The position numbers and the translations under genes were made by a program. From Zygophlyctis sp. KS116 (Eukaryota; Fungi; Chytridiomycota), in NCBI GenBank assembly GCA_054661495.1, contig BAAFSQ010000187.1, positions 1-19,646 on the forward strand: DNA of 19,646 bases, in the 5' to 3' direction. How positions within the stretch are numbered: the first letter of the stretch is position 1; each line of letters opens with the position of its first letter. The notes under the pieces are model-generated. The model saw only the letters and a program-made list of their open reading frames with translations, did no database searches and had not been told where the DNA came from. Shown piece by piece: positions 9,443 to 19,457 of this stretch.

Positions 9443-9985
9443 CTAGGACAAACCAAGACTTGATGCAATTGCAGTCTCTAAATCTACATCTACATCCTTG
9501 TCAGACTCTTCAAAAGTCTGTAATTCTCTAGGTAAATTTCCTCTAATTACAAATATTGTATATCCAGAATTCTTTAATTCTAGTAAATACAATTCTAAAA
9601 ATGTATCTGATAGTTTTTTAGGATATTGTAGAGTAGAATCTAAATTATACCATCCATCTATAAATTTACGAAATGTAAACCAATGATTTTCATAATTGCA
9701 TATAAATGCATTTTCTGATTTAAAAATTATTCCATTTACTAAATTAGAGTCTATATGTATTAATTCTAAAGACCAAATTTCTAAAGCTTTTGAAATTACT
9801 TGAACAGAAAAATATCCAGTGTCGTCCATGTTTTCTTTTACAAGTAAAGAACAAGTTTGGGATTCTTGAGAATCTAATTTAGATGCAATTTCTCCTAGAT
9901 CTATTGGAGTAAAATATGGGCCTTGTAGAAGTGAATTAAGAGCATGTTGAGCGCATAATTGTCCTTGTTGTTTCTCAAAATACAT
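9443..9985 (-). CDS. ATXN3: Ataxin-3-like Josephin deubiquitinase with one UIM, 180 aa
   Basis: YFEKQQGQLCAQHALNSLLQG (catalytic Cys), NMDDTGYFSVQVI, ENHWF (His), WYNLDS; C-terminal UIM-like DVDLETAIASSL. Confidence 0.92.
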   Translation of the reverse strand: MYFEKQQGQLCAQHALNSLLQGPYFTPIDLGEIASKLDSQESQTCSLLVKENMDDTGYFSVQVISKALEIWSLELIHIDSNLVNGIIFKSENAFICNYENHWFTFRKFIDGWYNLDSTLQYPKKLSDTFLELYLLELKNSGYTIFVIRGNLPRELQTFEESDKDVDVDLETAIASSLGLS

Positions 9986-10070
9986 TAGGTTTTACATTGG
10001 CTGCAAGGGTTTCCAATAAATACTCTAGGTTTATTCTCCGGTGAAAACCTAATCGGCTAGTAAATTTAGA

Positions 10071-10568
10071 ATGCAACCCTCAAATCAAGATTATTCACAA
10101 TCTTCATACAATGACCAAAAATCTTATTCTGCGTATCCAGAGACTCATCAGTCTCTACAAGGAATAGTAAATTATCAAGGAGTTGTCACTGGACTAAGTG
10201 GTTGGAATGATGCTCCAAATTTAAATGATAAATCAAGTAATAAAATCATTCTAGAAACTCAAAATCCATCTAAACTAATCTTGGAAACATTGTCAAATAT
10301 TTTAAATTCTCTAAAAACTGTTAATATTCCGGGGAAAATATTTGCAGATACGGAAAAAAGATGTTTAATTTTATTTGAAAAATTGGAAAAAAAAGAGCTA
10401 GACTCTACAGTTTTAGGACTATTAATACACTTATCAAATGCTGTAAATGTTAAAGATAATAGTAAAGCTGGTCAGATTTCTGTGGAATTAATGCAAAAAG
10501 GGACTCCTGGGGATTCTAAATGGATTGTTGGAGTAAAGAGATTAGTTGAACTATATTCAAAATTTTAA
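10071..10568 (+). CDS. Stand-alone SRA1/Sec31 C-terminal-domain protein, 165 aa
   Basis: GWNDAP motif, DTEKRCLILFEKL and terminal KWIVGVKRLV match the SRA1/Sec31 helical domain. Confidence 0.75.
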   Translation: MQPSNQDYSQSSYNDQKSYSAYPETHQSLQGIVNYQGVVTGLSGWNDAPNLNDKSSNKIILETQNPSKLILETLSNILNSLKTVNIPGKIFADTEKRCLILFEKLEKKELDSTVLGLLIHLSNAVNVKDNSKAGQISVELMQKGTPGDSKWIVGVKRLVELYSKF

Positions 10569-10672
10569 AAAATTCTAGAATTTCAAGACTCTTTAGACTC
10601 CTTGAAATTAAGCCTAAACATAGCCCTGAGCTTAGATGTAGACTCAAAAGACATGATTTTCTAAAGTTTATT

Positions 10673-12305
10673 CTATTGCCGATGGATTTTATATACATAA
10701 AACTTGTTGAGAATCGCTTGAAATATTCCAGCCATAAAGCAAATAATTGCAATCAAGTAAAAATACGAGGATCTGGTCCAGTCTTTAGTTGCTTCAAAGA
10801 AAGCAACAGCCTAAATATAAAAAAGATTAAAAATATACCAAAAGATTTCCAATAGCAACTGTCAATAGCCATATTGCAGCACAGCTAGATTTCATTCTAG
10901 GTCCAACTTCAGTATAAGTGAAATTAAGCCCAGAAACAGAAAATAAAACTTCACCAATTGTTACAAGTACATATGGGATAAGGAAATACGCTGTTGAAAA
11001 TCCTTTTGATTTACAGACCTGGAATGTGATGCCATTAGATATAATAGTGGTATCTTCACAGATCAAGTCTACACGAGATTGTAAAATTCCACAGACAATA
11101 TATGCTAGTCCAGAAATAATCATTCCCAATACCATACGATTCAGTGAGCCAAACTTGTCTGGAAAACGTTTGTCAATAGCCGGATATAGGTAATTGGCGA
11201 ATAAAGGCGATATTATCACTATAAGTATTGGATTCGTAATTGTATTAATCATTACTGAATCGAGAAAATTGGTGGAATCCATTTGATCAGTTAATTCCTG
11301 CCAACTACTACCACTTTGATCAAAAGCCATCCTACAGGGTAAATTTGTCTAATTTCAAAGATACCAGAAAAATGGGGCAGGCAAGAGTACACCAATAACT
11401 CTAATCATTTCCAAGTACTCATTTAAAAGTTCCTTCCCGTGAATCTCTTCCACAGCTTCCTTTGCAAGAGTAGAATCACCTCTAAACTTGATCAAATGAA
11501 ATAAATAACTCGAACCAGTTTTTGCAATCTGTCCAGGCAAAAAAACTCCAGCGGGTGGTACTATCCGATAACATGGTTTACCAATCATGAAAATAAAAGT
11601 TGCTAGTCCCAATACTCCAGCACATAATCCAAATACAACTGGATATCCATCCCCATCATTCCCATAAAAATTCTTTTCTTGAATTAGAGGTGCCACGCCA
11701 GCTAAAATCGCACCTACATTTATTGCCATATAGAAATAGTTGTAGAATTTATTCAATCCATGTTTTTGAATTGAGAGAAATTGATCTCCTCCCAGAGCTG
11801 AGACACATGGTTTTATACCACCTGTACCAATAGCAATCAGCAGTAGTCCGATTAACGACGGCCATGCGGGTATATTTGGTGGCACGCCCAACCAATCTGG
11901 AACAGCAGTTGTGGCTAATAGTATAGTACCAGCAACATAAACTGATGATAGTATACTGATTGTCCAGAATTTATTCAAGAATGAATCTGAAATAGCGGCC
12001 CCAACAAGAGGGAAAAAGTAACACAACATATTAAATGAATGATACAGTTCCTTTGCTTCATTCATTGTGTATCCCAGCGAAGTCACAAAGTAATTTCGTA
12101 ATAGAGGCCTGATCCCATAGAAACAAAATCGCTCTGCTAATTCATTTGGAATAATGAAGAATACAGCTTTCGGCAAAGATAATGAATTATCGTGAATTTC
12201 GTGGACTAGATCATCAATTTCAAGCTCCTGATATACAATTTCTGATTTAGAAGATCTATCTACTTTCTATGATTAATCATCAAACGTTACAGATTTTGGA
12301 TTCAT
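10673..12305 (-). CDS. POT/PTR2-family proton-dependent oligopeptide transporter, 515 aa
   Basis: Motifs NELAERFCFYG (ExxERFxYYG), GTGGIKPCVSALGGDQF, FYNYFYMAINVGA, GEVLFSVSGLNFTY. Introns 12267-12290 (24 nt), 11332-11364 (33 nt) and 10811-10838 (28 nt) give one continuous frame. Confidence 0.93.
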
Positions 12306-12376
12306 TTTGAACAGAAGCCGCTTCAAGCGTATCAAGCAATGCGATCAAAGCAAAGAAACAAACAAACTGCATAGTT

Positions 12377-13693
12377 TTATTGAATTTTCTTAATATCTAG
12401 TCTCATTTGTTGATAATCATAACAAACTGAATTCTGTATGATTGGATCTTGATACTTTTCTGATATAACCATTTGATACACTGATAATAAATCATCAACG
12501 GCTCTTTCAACTCCAAATTGTTGAATTGCATGATGGCGAGCTACTTGACGTGCACCATGTCCTAAATCGACTACATTTACCAACTTATTGACGTAATCTT
12601 CTGTATGATTTGGAGTAAACATCCAATCAGATATACAAGAATAAACTGTTTCAAATGCTCCAGATCTAACAACAACAGCTGGAATTCCACAAGCCATTGC
12701 TTCAGCAACAGTAAACCCAAAAGTTTCAGAAGCAGAAGCAGATACAAAAACATCTGCATGACCATAATGTTGAGCCACAAAATCTTCTGAATGAATCATT
12801 CCAGTAAAAACAATTCTTGCTCTTTTAACATCTTGATTATATTTCCATGAGTCTTGAGAATTTTGATCCATAAGTCTCGAAAATACATTTTTCTTTCCTA
12901 CAATAGAAGTTGCTAATTTCTCTAATGATTTTCTACTTGGACCATCTCCTACTAATACTAGAGTATAGTCTTGTAATTTTTCATGTGAAAGTGCATGAAT
13001 CAAAAATTCCACATTTTTTTCTCCAGCTAATCTTCCTACATATACAAGTGTTGGACCTAATTTTTTTGAGACTAAATGATTCCAAGGAGATGTAGATAAG
13101 TTTCTATCTAGAGGTTTGAATACCTCCATTTGAAGTCCTGATTTCATAACATGAATCCGTTTAGAGTAGTTAAAAACTAGAGAATCTGCAGTCTGTGATG
13201 GAATACCTACTACATCTGCCCACATTACAAAAGGAATAAAATATAAAACTGAAAAAATCCATTCAATCAGGAAGCTAGCGATCGGATTTTGTAGATAAAT
13301 CTTTTTGTAAAAGTTCAAATAGACATGATAAGAGACATAAATTTTGACAGATCTCAAGTAGAATAGTGGTAAAAGAGGAACCATAGCCAAACACATTGGG
13401 CCAAATACATGCAAAATATCCCAAGGAAGAGGTTTCCAGGGATTCAATAGGTCCTTGACTAATTTCAATGGAGGAAGTATCATGACTCTTAACATTAATA
13501 AAACAATTTACCTTTGTTGGTTATAAAATGGATTAGAAAAACTAGTGCCATGCAAATCGGCATCAGTTCCAGTTACAGAGATCACAGTCACTTCATGTCC
13601 CTTTTCCTTGTATCCCGATATCAGATTCTTGCAGCGATTGGCTATTCCAGAGACATAGGGAGGAAGATACTCTGTAGCAACAAGAATTCTCAT
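12377..13693 (-). CDS. GT4 (GT-B) retaining glycosyltransferase, SqdX/SQD2-like glycolipid-synthase type, 430 aa
   Basis: N-terminus MRILVATEYLPPYVSGIANR, VSYH, YVGRLAGEKN, LVGDGP, SETFGFTVAEAMACGIP. Intron 13488-13511 (24 nt). The GT4 call is firm; the substrate is inferred. Confidence 0.88.
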
Positions 13694-13758
13694 TTTTTAA
13701 CGAAATCAACGATAAAATTTTATGAAACCACAACGGAAACGGATCAATTCTAGACCGT

Positions 13759-16061
13759 TCAAATGTTTATTAGGAGCCATAAAACAAGACTGATTAGTAA
13801 TAAATTTATCGGAGATCCAAATACAAATCTGATCCATTTGAAATTCAAACTAGGAAGGCTAGGATATTTAGATTTTAAAGTAGCATAGTGAGATTCACAA
13901 AAATTTGTACTAGATAAACAGAGGCGGACCAAGAGACGAGATTCATAGGTTTTTAATATATATTCAGAGCGAGAGGATGTTATCAGTGGAACATCAAGGT
14001 TTGTAGATTTACGTAGTCCGTGTTTAATCTAATCTTTAATAAATATGTGTACCTGTTCTTTTCCTCTCCAGGTTAGAATATTTGATTCAGAAACTTGTGG
14101 TGCCCAGACTCCAGGTCCAACGGGTTGGAAATTGGTTTCTTCTTCAATAGAGGAAGACAGTAGAGGTTCTTCAGTTGGTAAAGTTGGCTCTGGGAAAACA
14201 TCATCCGCTTCAAGACAAAAGGGCCAGACTAAAAGTAATAAATGTGATAAATTGTGTAAAGACTCAATGTCACGAGTCATTCGAAGTGTATCATAGTGGG
14301 AATATAGTTCTCTAGAGGAAGTACTGCTACCAAATATCTCTGAAAACCAAGTATTCCAGGTTTGAGGCTTCTTTGGAGGGTGTTTTGGTGTTATTGGGCT
14401 ACGGCCATGAGGTGTAGGAGATGTACTTCTAGGTGTGACAGGTTCTGGGCGATCATTATCCAGTAATGTTTCTAATCTACGAGCGGCCTCATTAATATTC
14501 ATATAGAGTCTTTTTGCCTAAAATTAAATTCAGAAAAATTTACAAGATCATGAACAGTGTCTGTTATGGTAGAATCAACTACAGATAAGAAGACTGGGAC
14601 ATATTCACATTTTCCTTCAAAAAAGATGACTTGCGCCCTAATCAGAGGTCCACAGTTTGAATATCCAGGATCTACAAAGGTACCAGCAACAGGCGTTCCA
14701 ATTGAAGTATTTCTAAAACAAGTTTTACTAGGAGTCACAATACTCCCAATTACTTGAGGTTGTCTAGAGTCTGATCTAGCACCTCCAGAATAACTTTCCA
14801 AAGAATCCAGAGCAGATTCTATAATTTGCAAATGTTTTAATAGTTTAGAATCTGAAAACACATTTAATACTTTTAGAATTATCTCTAGCGGTTTAAGTTT
14901 TTGATTTATTGACTGTATGCTTGTACAAGGTCTAACAGAAGCATAAATATCAAACTTTTTCGCGCATTTCAAGAATTCAAACAAAAGTCTAGAATAGTAC
15001 ATAAAATTATCTCTGACATAGTCTCCCCTAAATTTTTAAAATTCATCTTCTTAAAATACCACAACTCAGAGTAATCTTCTCCCCTCTTTTTCCAAGGAGT
15101 CAAATATGTAATCCATAAATCAACAACCACCTCAAAATCTTGTAAATTCCCATACTCAAAATCCAATTTTAAAAAAGGATAGAGAGACTGCCTTGTTAAC
15201 CTGTACGCCAATGTCTGAATACCCTGCAGCCCTTGCCCTTGACCTGTAGATTTGAGTATTGTTGTATTTTCCACTGTTTGACGAGTTAAATCCACAGCAG
15301 ACTGTACATGCACGATATAAATTTTAATAGAATGCAATGTTTCATTAGAGGGCTTATTATAAGACCAAAAAGACATTGGTTCTCTTTCATTTCCTATTAT
15401 ATACTCATTTTGACAAGTCCAAACTTCCAAAAAAGCCCCAATTATAAATTCCGCAACATTAATAATCCTTTGAGAATCCATTTTTCTAAAATTAAAATTA
15501 TCAAACATACTTGTAAAATGAATAAATCCCCTGTTCTTGTGACTGAACTAAACTTGAGCTTAAATCTTTTCCAACTACAGCTCCAGTTGGGAGTACAAAC
15601 CCTAAATATGAAGCTACTAAATCATAGTATAGAGACCCTTGTTCAATTTTAAATTTTGCCAAAACAGGAGCATAAGCAAAAGAAAAAATATAATATTCCA
15701 ACATATTAAACATGACTTTTGGCGCCTGATTTTGAATTTTGTAAATATAGGAAATATGATTATACTTTTGTTCTCTCAACAATTTCCTAGTTGTTTGAGG
15801 CAAAACATCCAAATTCATCCCATATTTGAACAGATTATTTTGTAATTTTAGAAAAAAATTCCCAAAAGGAATCAGAAAATTGAACAAAATTTCAGAATTT
15901 TCCTTTTTAAAAATCAGTCCAGACTTGACTTCATTTCCAAAAAACACTAGACAGACAACTGGAAGCTGAGAATGTAAATCTACCAGAGATTCTAGTTGTA
16001 AAAGTAATTTTCTAAATATTTTAGGGTCTTTTTCCAGCGATAGTTTATTTGCAATTTCCAT
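13759..16061 (-). CDS. SMPD4: SMPD4-like (sphingomyelin phosphodiesterase 4 / nSMase3 family) protein, 731 aa
   Basis: Motifs FNMLEYYIFSFA, VVDLWITYLTPW, WGDYVRDNFMYY, GKEQIKHGLRK, KTYESRLLVR and a C-terminal TM helix. Introns 15486-15510 (25), 15028-15059 (32), 14518-14543 (26) and 14029-14052 (24). The last exon 14028-13759 is missing from the ORF track. Confidence 0.78.
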
Positions 16062-16067
16062 TTTATA

Positions 16068-16325
16068 TTGAATTTCTTGAATTTCTTGAATTTCTTGAAA
16101 TTTAAGGGATTTAGGTTTCAGAAATTTAAAGGTTTTAGGTTCCAGAAATTTAAGGGTTTTAGGTTCAAGAAATTTAAGGGTTTTAGGTTTCTTGAATTTC
16201 TTGAATTTCTTGAAATTTAAGGGATTTAGGTTCCAGAAATTTAAAGGTTTTAGGTTTCTTGAATTTCTTGAATTTCTTGAAATTTAAGGGTTTTAGGTTC
16301 CAGAAATTTAAGGGTTTTAGGTTAC
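16068..16325. repeat. Compound minisatellite of 9-bp (TTGAATTTC) and ~24-bp (GAAATTTAAGGGTTTTAGGTTCCA) units
   Basis: Read directly from the sequence: layout A3-B4-A2-B2-A2-B2 (7 A units, 8 B units), with variants GGGATTTAGG and TAAAGG. Confidence 0.95.
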
Positions 16326-16368
16326 ACTCTTTGTTAGTTGTAGGTTACTATCGGTGGCACCAACCCAA

Positions 16369-19249
16369 ATGCAAGTACAAAATCTGTCACTAGTGCTCCT
16401 TCAAATAGAAAAACTTGCAAATGCTAAAATCTTGAAATCTCAACTCCTGAGATCAGAAAAAGTATTAGATTGTCTTTATAGCAAAGAGTCAAAGTTTATT
16501 ACTGCTAAATGGATTTGTGATTTATTAGATGACTTTAATAATTCCAAGTTGGAATATTCTACAAGATTAGATGCAATCAAGGATTTGAATTTTCTTCTAG
16601 ATGCACTCTTGGATTCAGAGTATGTAAGTGATTTGTTTCCTGGAATAATTTCATCTGTTTTGAAAATTGTGGATTCAAATGGAAAAGTGGTGCTTAGAGA
16701 TCAAGGATTAAGAGTTTTTAGAAAAATTCTTTTAAATCAAAAGTCGGAGATTTATAAAGAGAAAATTTTACGGCTCTTTCAAGGGTATTTGTCAAGACTG
16801 GTGAATGATTACTCTCAAATAATAAGGAAAAGTTATGGGGAATTATTGGTGTCTTTGATTAATCATGGAAAGGCGGTCTATCTTGAAGATTATATTTATA
16901 AAGGATTGTTGGAATTATCATTGGATGAATACTCTGAAATTGCAATTATGGCAAAATCTGGGCTAAGGTAAAAGATTTAAAAAATAATTTACAAGAAATT
17001 CTAGTCTCAAGCCAATTTTACTTGAAAAATTTAGTCTAGAGATTCAATATTTGAATTTTGGGTTAGACAAAAATAAGAGTAACAAGAATATTAAAGTTTT
17101 AAAAGGGATTTTGGGGATTTTTAAAGACTCGGAGCAATTTCAAGATTTACAGAAATTAGAATTGGGGTTCTCGCTAGAATATGTGGAGAATTTATTGAAA
17201 GGATTAGACATTAAATTATCTAGGAAAATAGATGTTTTGGAAATTCCAATCAAGGAGTATCAGATGCCAGTGAATTTTCTAGAAATTAATAGGATTTTGC
17301 AATTTCAGAATTTGTCAAGTCTGCAAGTTTCGAGTTTTTTTCAATTGTGGAGTCAAAGTATGTCGTTTTCTCAATTACAAGAATTTATAATCAATTTAAT
17401 TCCCTTTGCAAATGCAGATTCTACGCTGTTTTATCAACCTCAGGCCCTTTTTGTTCTTGGTTCTGTAATTCAAGGCATGAAAAAGGAAAAAGGACTAGAC
17501 AAGGAAGAAATTAGGTTTTTGAAAAAGGTTTTCAAGGATCTTGTTGGTTTTAAACTTTGCAATCTTCCGCTAAATAAAAATCAACAAATATTGCAAATAG
17601 AATTGGAAGATTCAAGTCCTTGGAATCATTTAGCAAATTTTTATAGCTTGGAAATCTCAAAATCAGAACATGGGCAAAGATTATTACTTTCAAATGATGA
17701 TTATCAAAGGAATGCTCTGATTTCTTGTCTTTTTTTATCAATATTGTCAGATTTATCATCTGTTTTGCTTGAGCAATTTGAACCTTTTTTAATTGATGGA
17801 CTGTACCCTATTTTAGAAAAGTTGGGTAACTCAAACGGTGTAGTCTCTCTAGCCGCCTGGAAGTCTTTATCTGAAATCGCTAATAATATGTCATGTAGAG
17901 GAGCTCAAAATGACGATAAAGTAAAAGCATTGTTGATTAATAATGTGGACTATGTCATTAATCATGTATCAAGGAATTTAAGAAGCTTTCAATCTCATCC
18001 TTATGCCCCAAATGTATTATCGGCGACCATTCGAATCGTAGGACTAAAAATATTAGACTTTATGGATGATTCAATTCTAGAACTATTAGACTTACTTGGA
18101 GAGTATCATAATGTAAATGGAAACGTAATTCAAGTCATTCTTTCCGTATTTCATTCGCTTGCGGATGTTATGGAGAAAACGAATTCCAAGCAGGAAATAT
18201 TACAGGCTCAAGATTCTAGTTCAAAAATGGATTTTTCTGGAGAATTTGGAAATGCTTCTGCCGAAATTATCGAGTTTTTTATTAAGAACCGTAATTCTCA
18301 TATAAAAAACGAATCGGATGATAATGGATCGATAAATAGTGCAAAAGAGTTTTTCTTGAACTCAAAGAGTGGACAAGATGTTGAGAATGAAGAAGAAGAG
18401 AATGTTGATGACCAAGTCATTCCTACATCCAACCATACAGATGTTTCTAAACAATGTAAATTTGCTGGACAAATCCTTCCTAAACTGATTCACTTTCTCA
18501 CTGTTGATTCTCCACAACTTCGAAAATATGTCATCGAGATTTTAGGCAAATTAGTGCCTTTCCTTAAAGAACGGGAACCATTCATCCACACTGTGTGGTC
18601 TAGTTTAGCAAATCGCTTAAATGACACTGAATATTATGTTGTAAAAGAAGCTTTTTATGTGATTTCAGTGATTTCTAATCTTTCACCAGAATTTGTATCT
18701 AAAAGAATATCTGATGATGTGATTTCAAAGATTCTGGTTCTTTTGACAACCATGGATAAGGATTTAAAAGAAAGCATATTGTTAAAGGCTAATTGTATGA
18801 GCAGCTCAGCTGTGTCATCTAGTGTTCTTACCCCCCAAAAATATAGTAAAAAATTAAACATCATGGTTGGTATTTTGGGTCATATTCAGTCTCTTTTAAG
18901 ATCAATATCTGTAAATTATCTAGACACGAAGAACTTAACTCTTGCCTTAATACCATTATTGCACCAAGACTACCCAAAAGACATCAGTCTCTTCTCTATA
19001 TCAATTCTGCGCAATCTGATGTCTAAAAATCATAGTGACCTTGTATATCTACTTTTATGGATTTCTTGTTCAGCTTCAGAACTTGTCCCATTCAATTCAA
19101 ATCTGAAGAGCCTATCTATACCTTTATCAATGATTCAGAAAAGTGATAGATATTTAGTAAATTCTAGCTCAATTTTGGAATGTCCGCTTTCTTTGGATTG
19201 GAAAGAGACAAAAATTATCAATGGAACTTGGAAAAAGAAAATATATTAG
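16369..19249 (+). CDS. TTI1: TELO2-interacting protein 1 (TTT complex, HEAT repeats), about 950 aa
   Basis: Motifs LFPGIISSV, LIDGLYPILEKLG, LLINNVDYVINHVSRNLR..HPYAPNVL, PFIHTVWSSLANRL. One intron from 16968 ends at 16995 (AAG) or 17004 (TAG); both are in frame. Confidence 0.82.
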
Positions 19250-19328
19250 TATCCTTAGATTTTATGATTCATTTAATGAAGCGTCCCGTGGTTTTCGCTG
19301 TGCTTCAAGCAATCGATTGAATTAGATT

Positions 19329-19341
19329 AAAAATAAAAAAA
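19329..19341 (-). terminator. RNA polymerase III oligo-T terminator of the 5S gene
   Basis: TTTTTTTATTTTT at the 5S 3' end on the minus strand. Confidence 0.8.
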
Positions 19342-19457
19342 CTACAGCACTCAGTATTCCCATGTGGTCACCCACCATAGTACTAACTGAGCCATTACCA
19401 GCTTGACTTCGGGACCCAAACGGGATCTGGTAGGTTCTAGTATGTATGGCCGTAGCT
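19339..19457 (-). rRNA. 5S ribosomal RNA gene (solitary copy)
   Basis: Minus strand reads AGCTACGGCCATAC...GAAGTCAAGC (box A)...TTAGTACTATGGTGGGTGACCACATGGGAATAC...GCTGTAGTT. The termini pair as stem I; length about 119 nt. Confidence 0.95.

Noticed and set aside
10071-10568. Terminal exon of a full-length SEC31 gene
   Set aside because: It has its own ATG, and upstream DNA is occupied by divergent ATXN3; no WD40 exons are present.
16068-16325. CRISPR array or true chromosome end
   Set aside because: No unique spacers or cas genes, eukaryotic context, and intact genes flank both sides.
490-17004. All eight introns with 3n length contain in-frame stops (NMD-selection signature)
   Set aside because: Circular: I can only detect introns that break ORFs, so stop-less 3n introns would be invisible without RNA-seq.
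4126-17051. Split ORFs read as pseudogenes, frameshifting or an alternative genetic code
   Set aside because: Every break is resolved by a canonical GTA...AG micro-intron that restores the frame and, where checkable, conserved motifs.
6692-18864. Short overlapping ORFs (6692, 8141, 9498, 10516, 10918, 11600, 12577, 12605, 12910, 13514, 14045, 14557, 15308, 15639, 17550, 18655)
   Set aside because: All overlap well-supported genes on the opposite strand or in another frame and lack recognisable domains.
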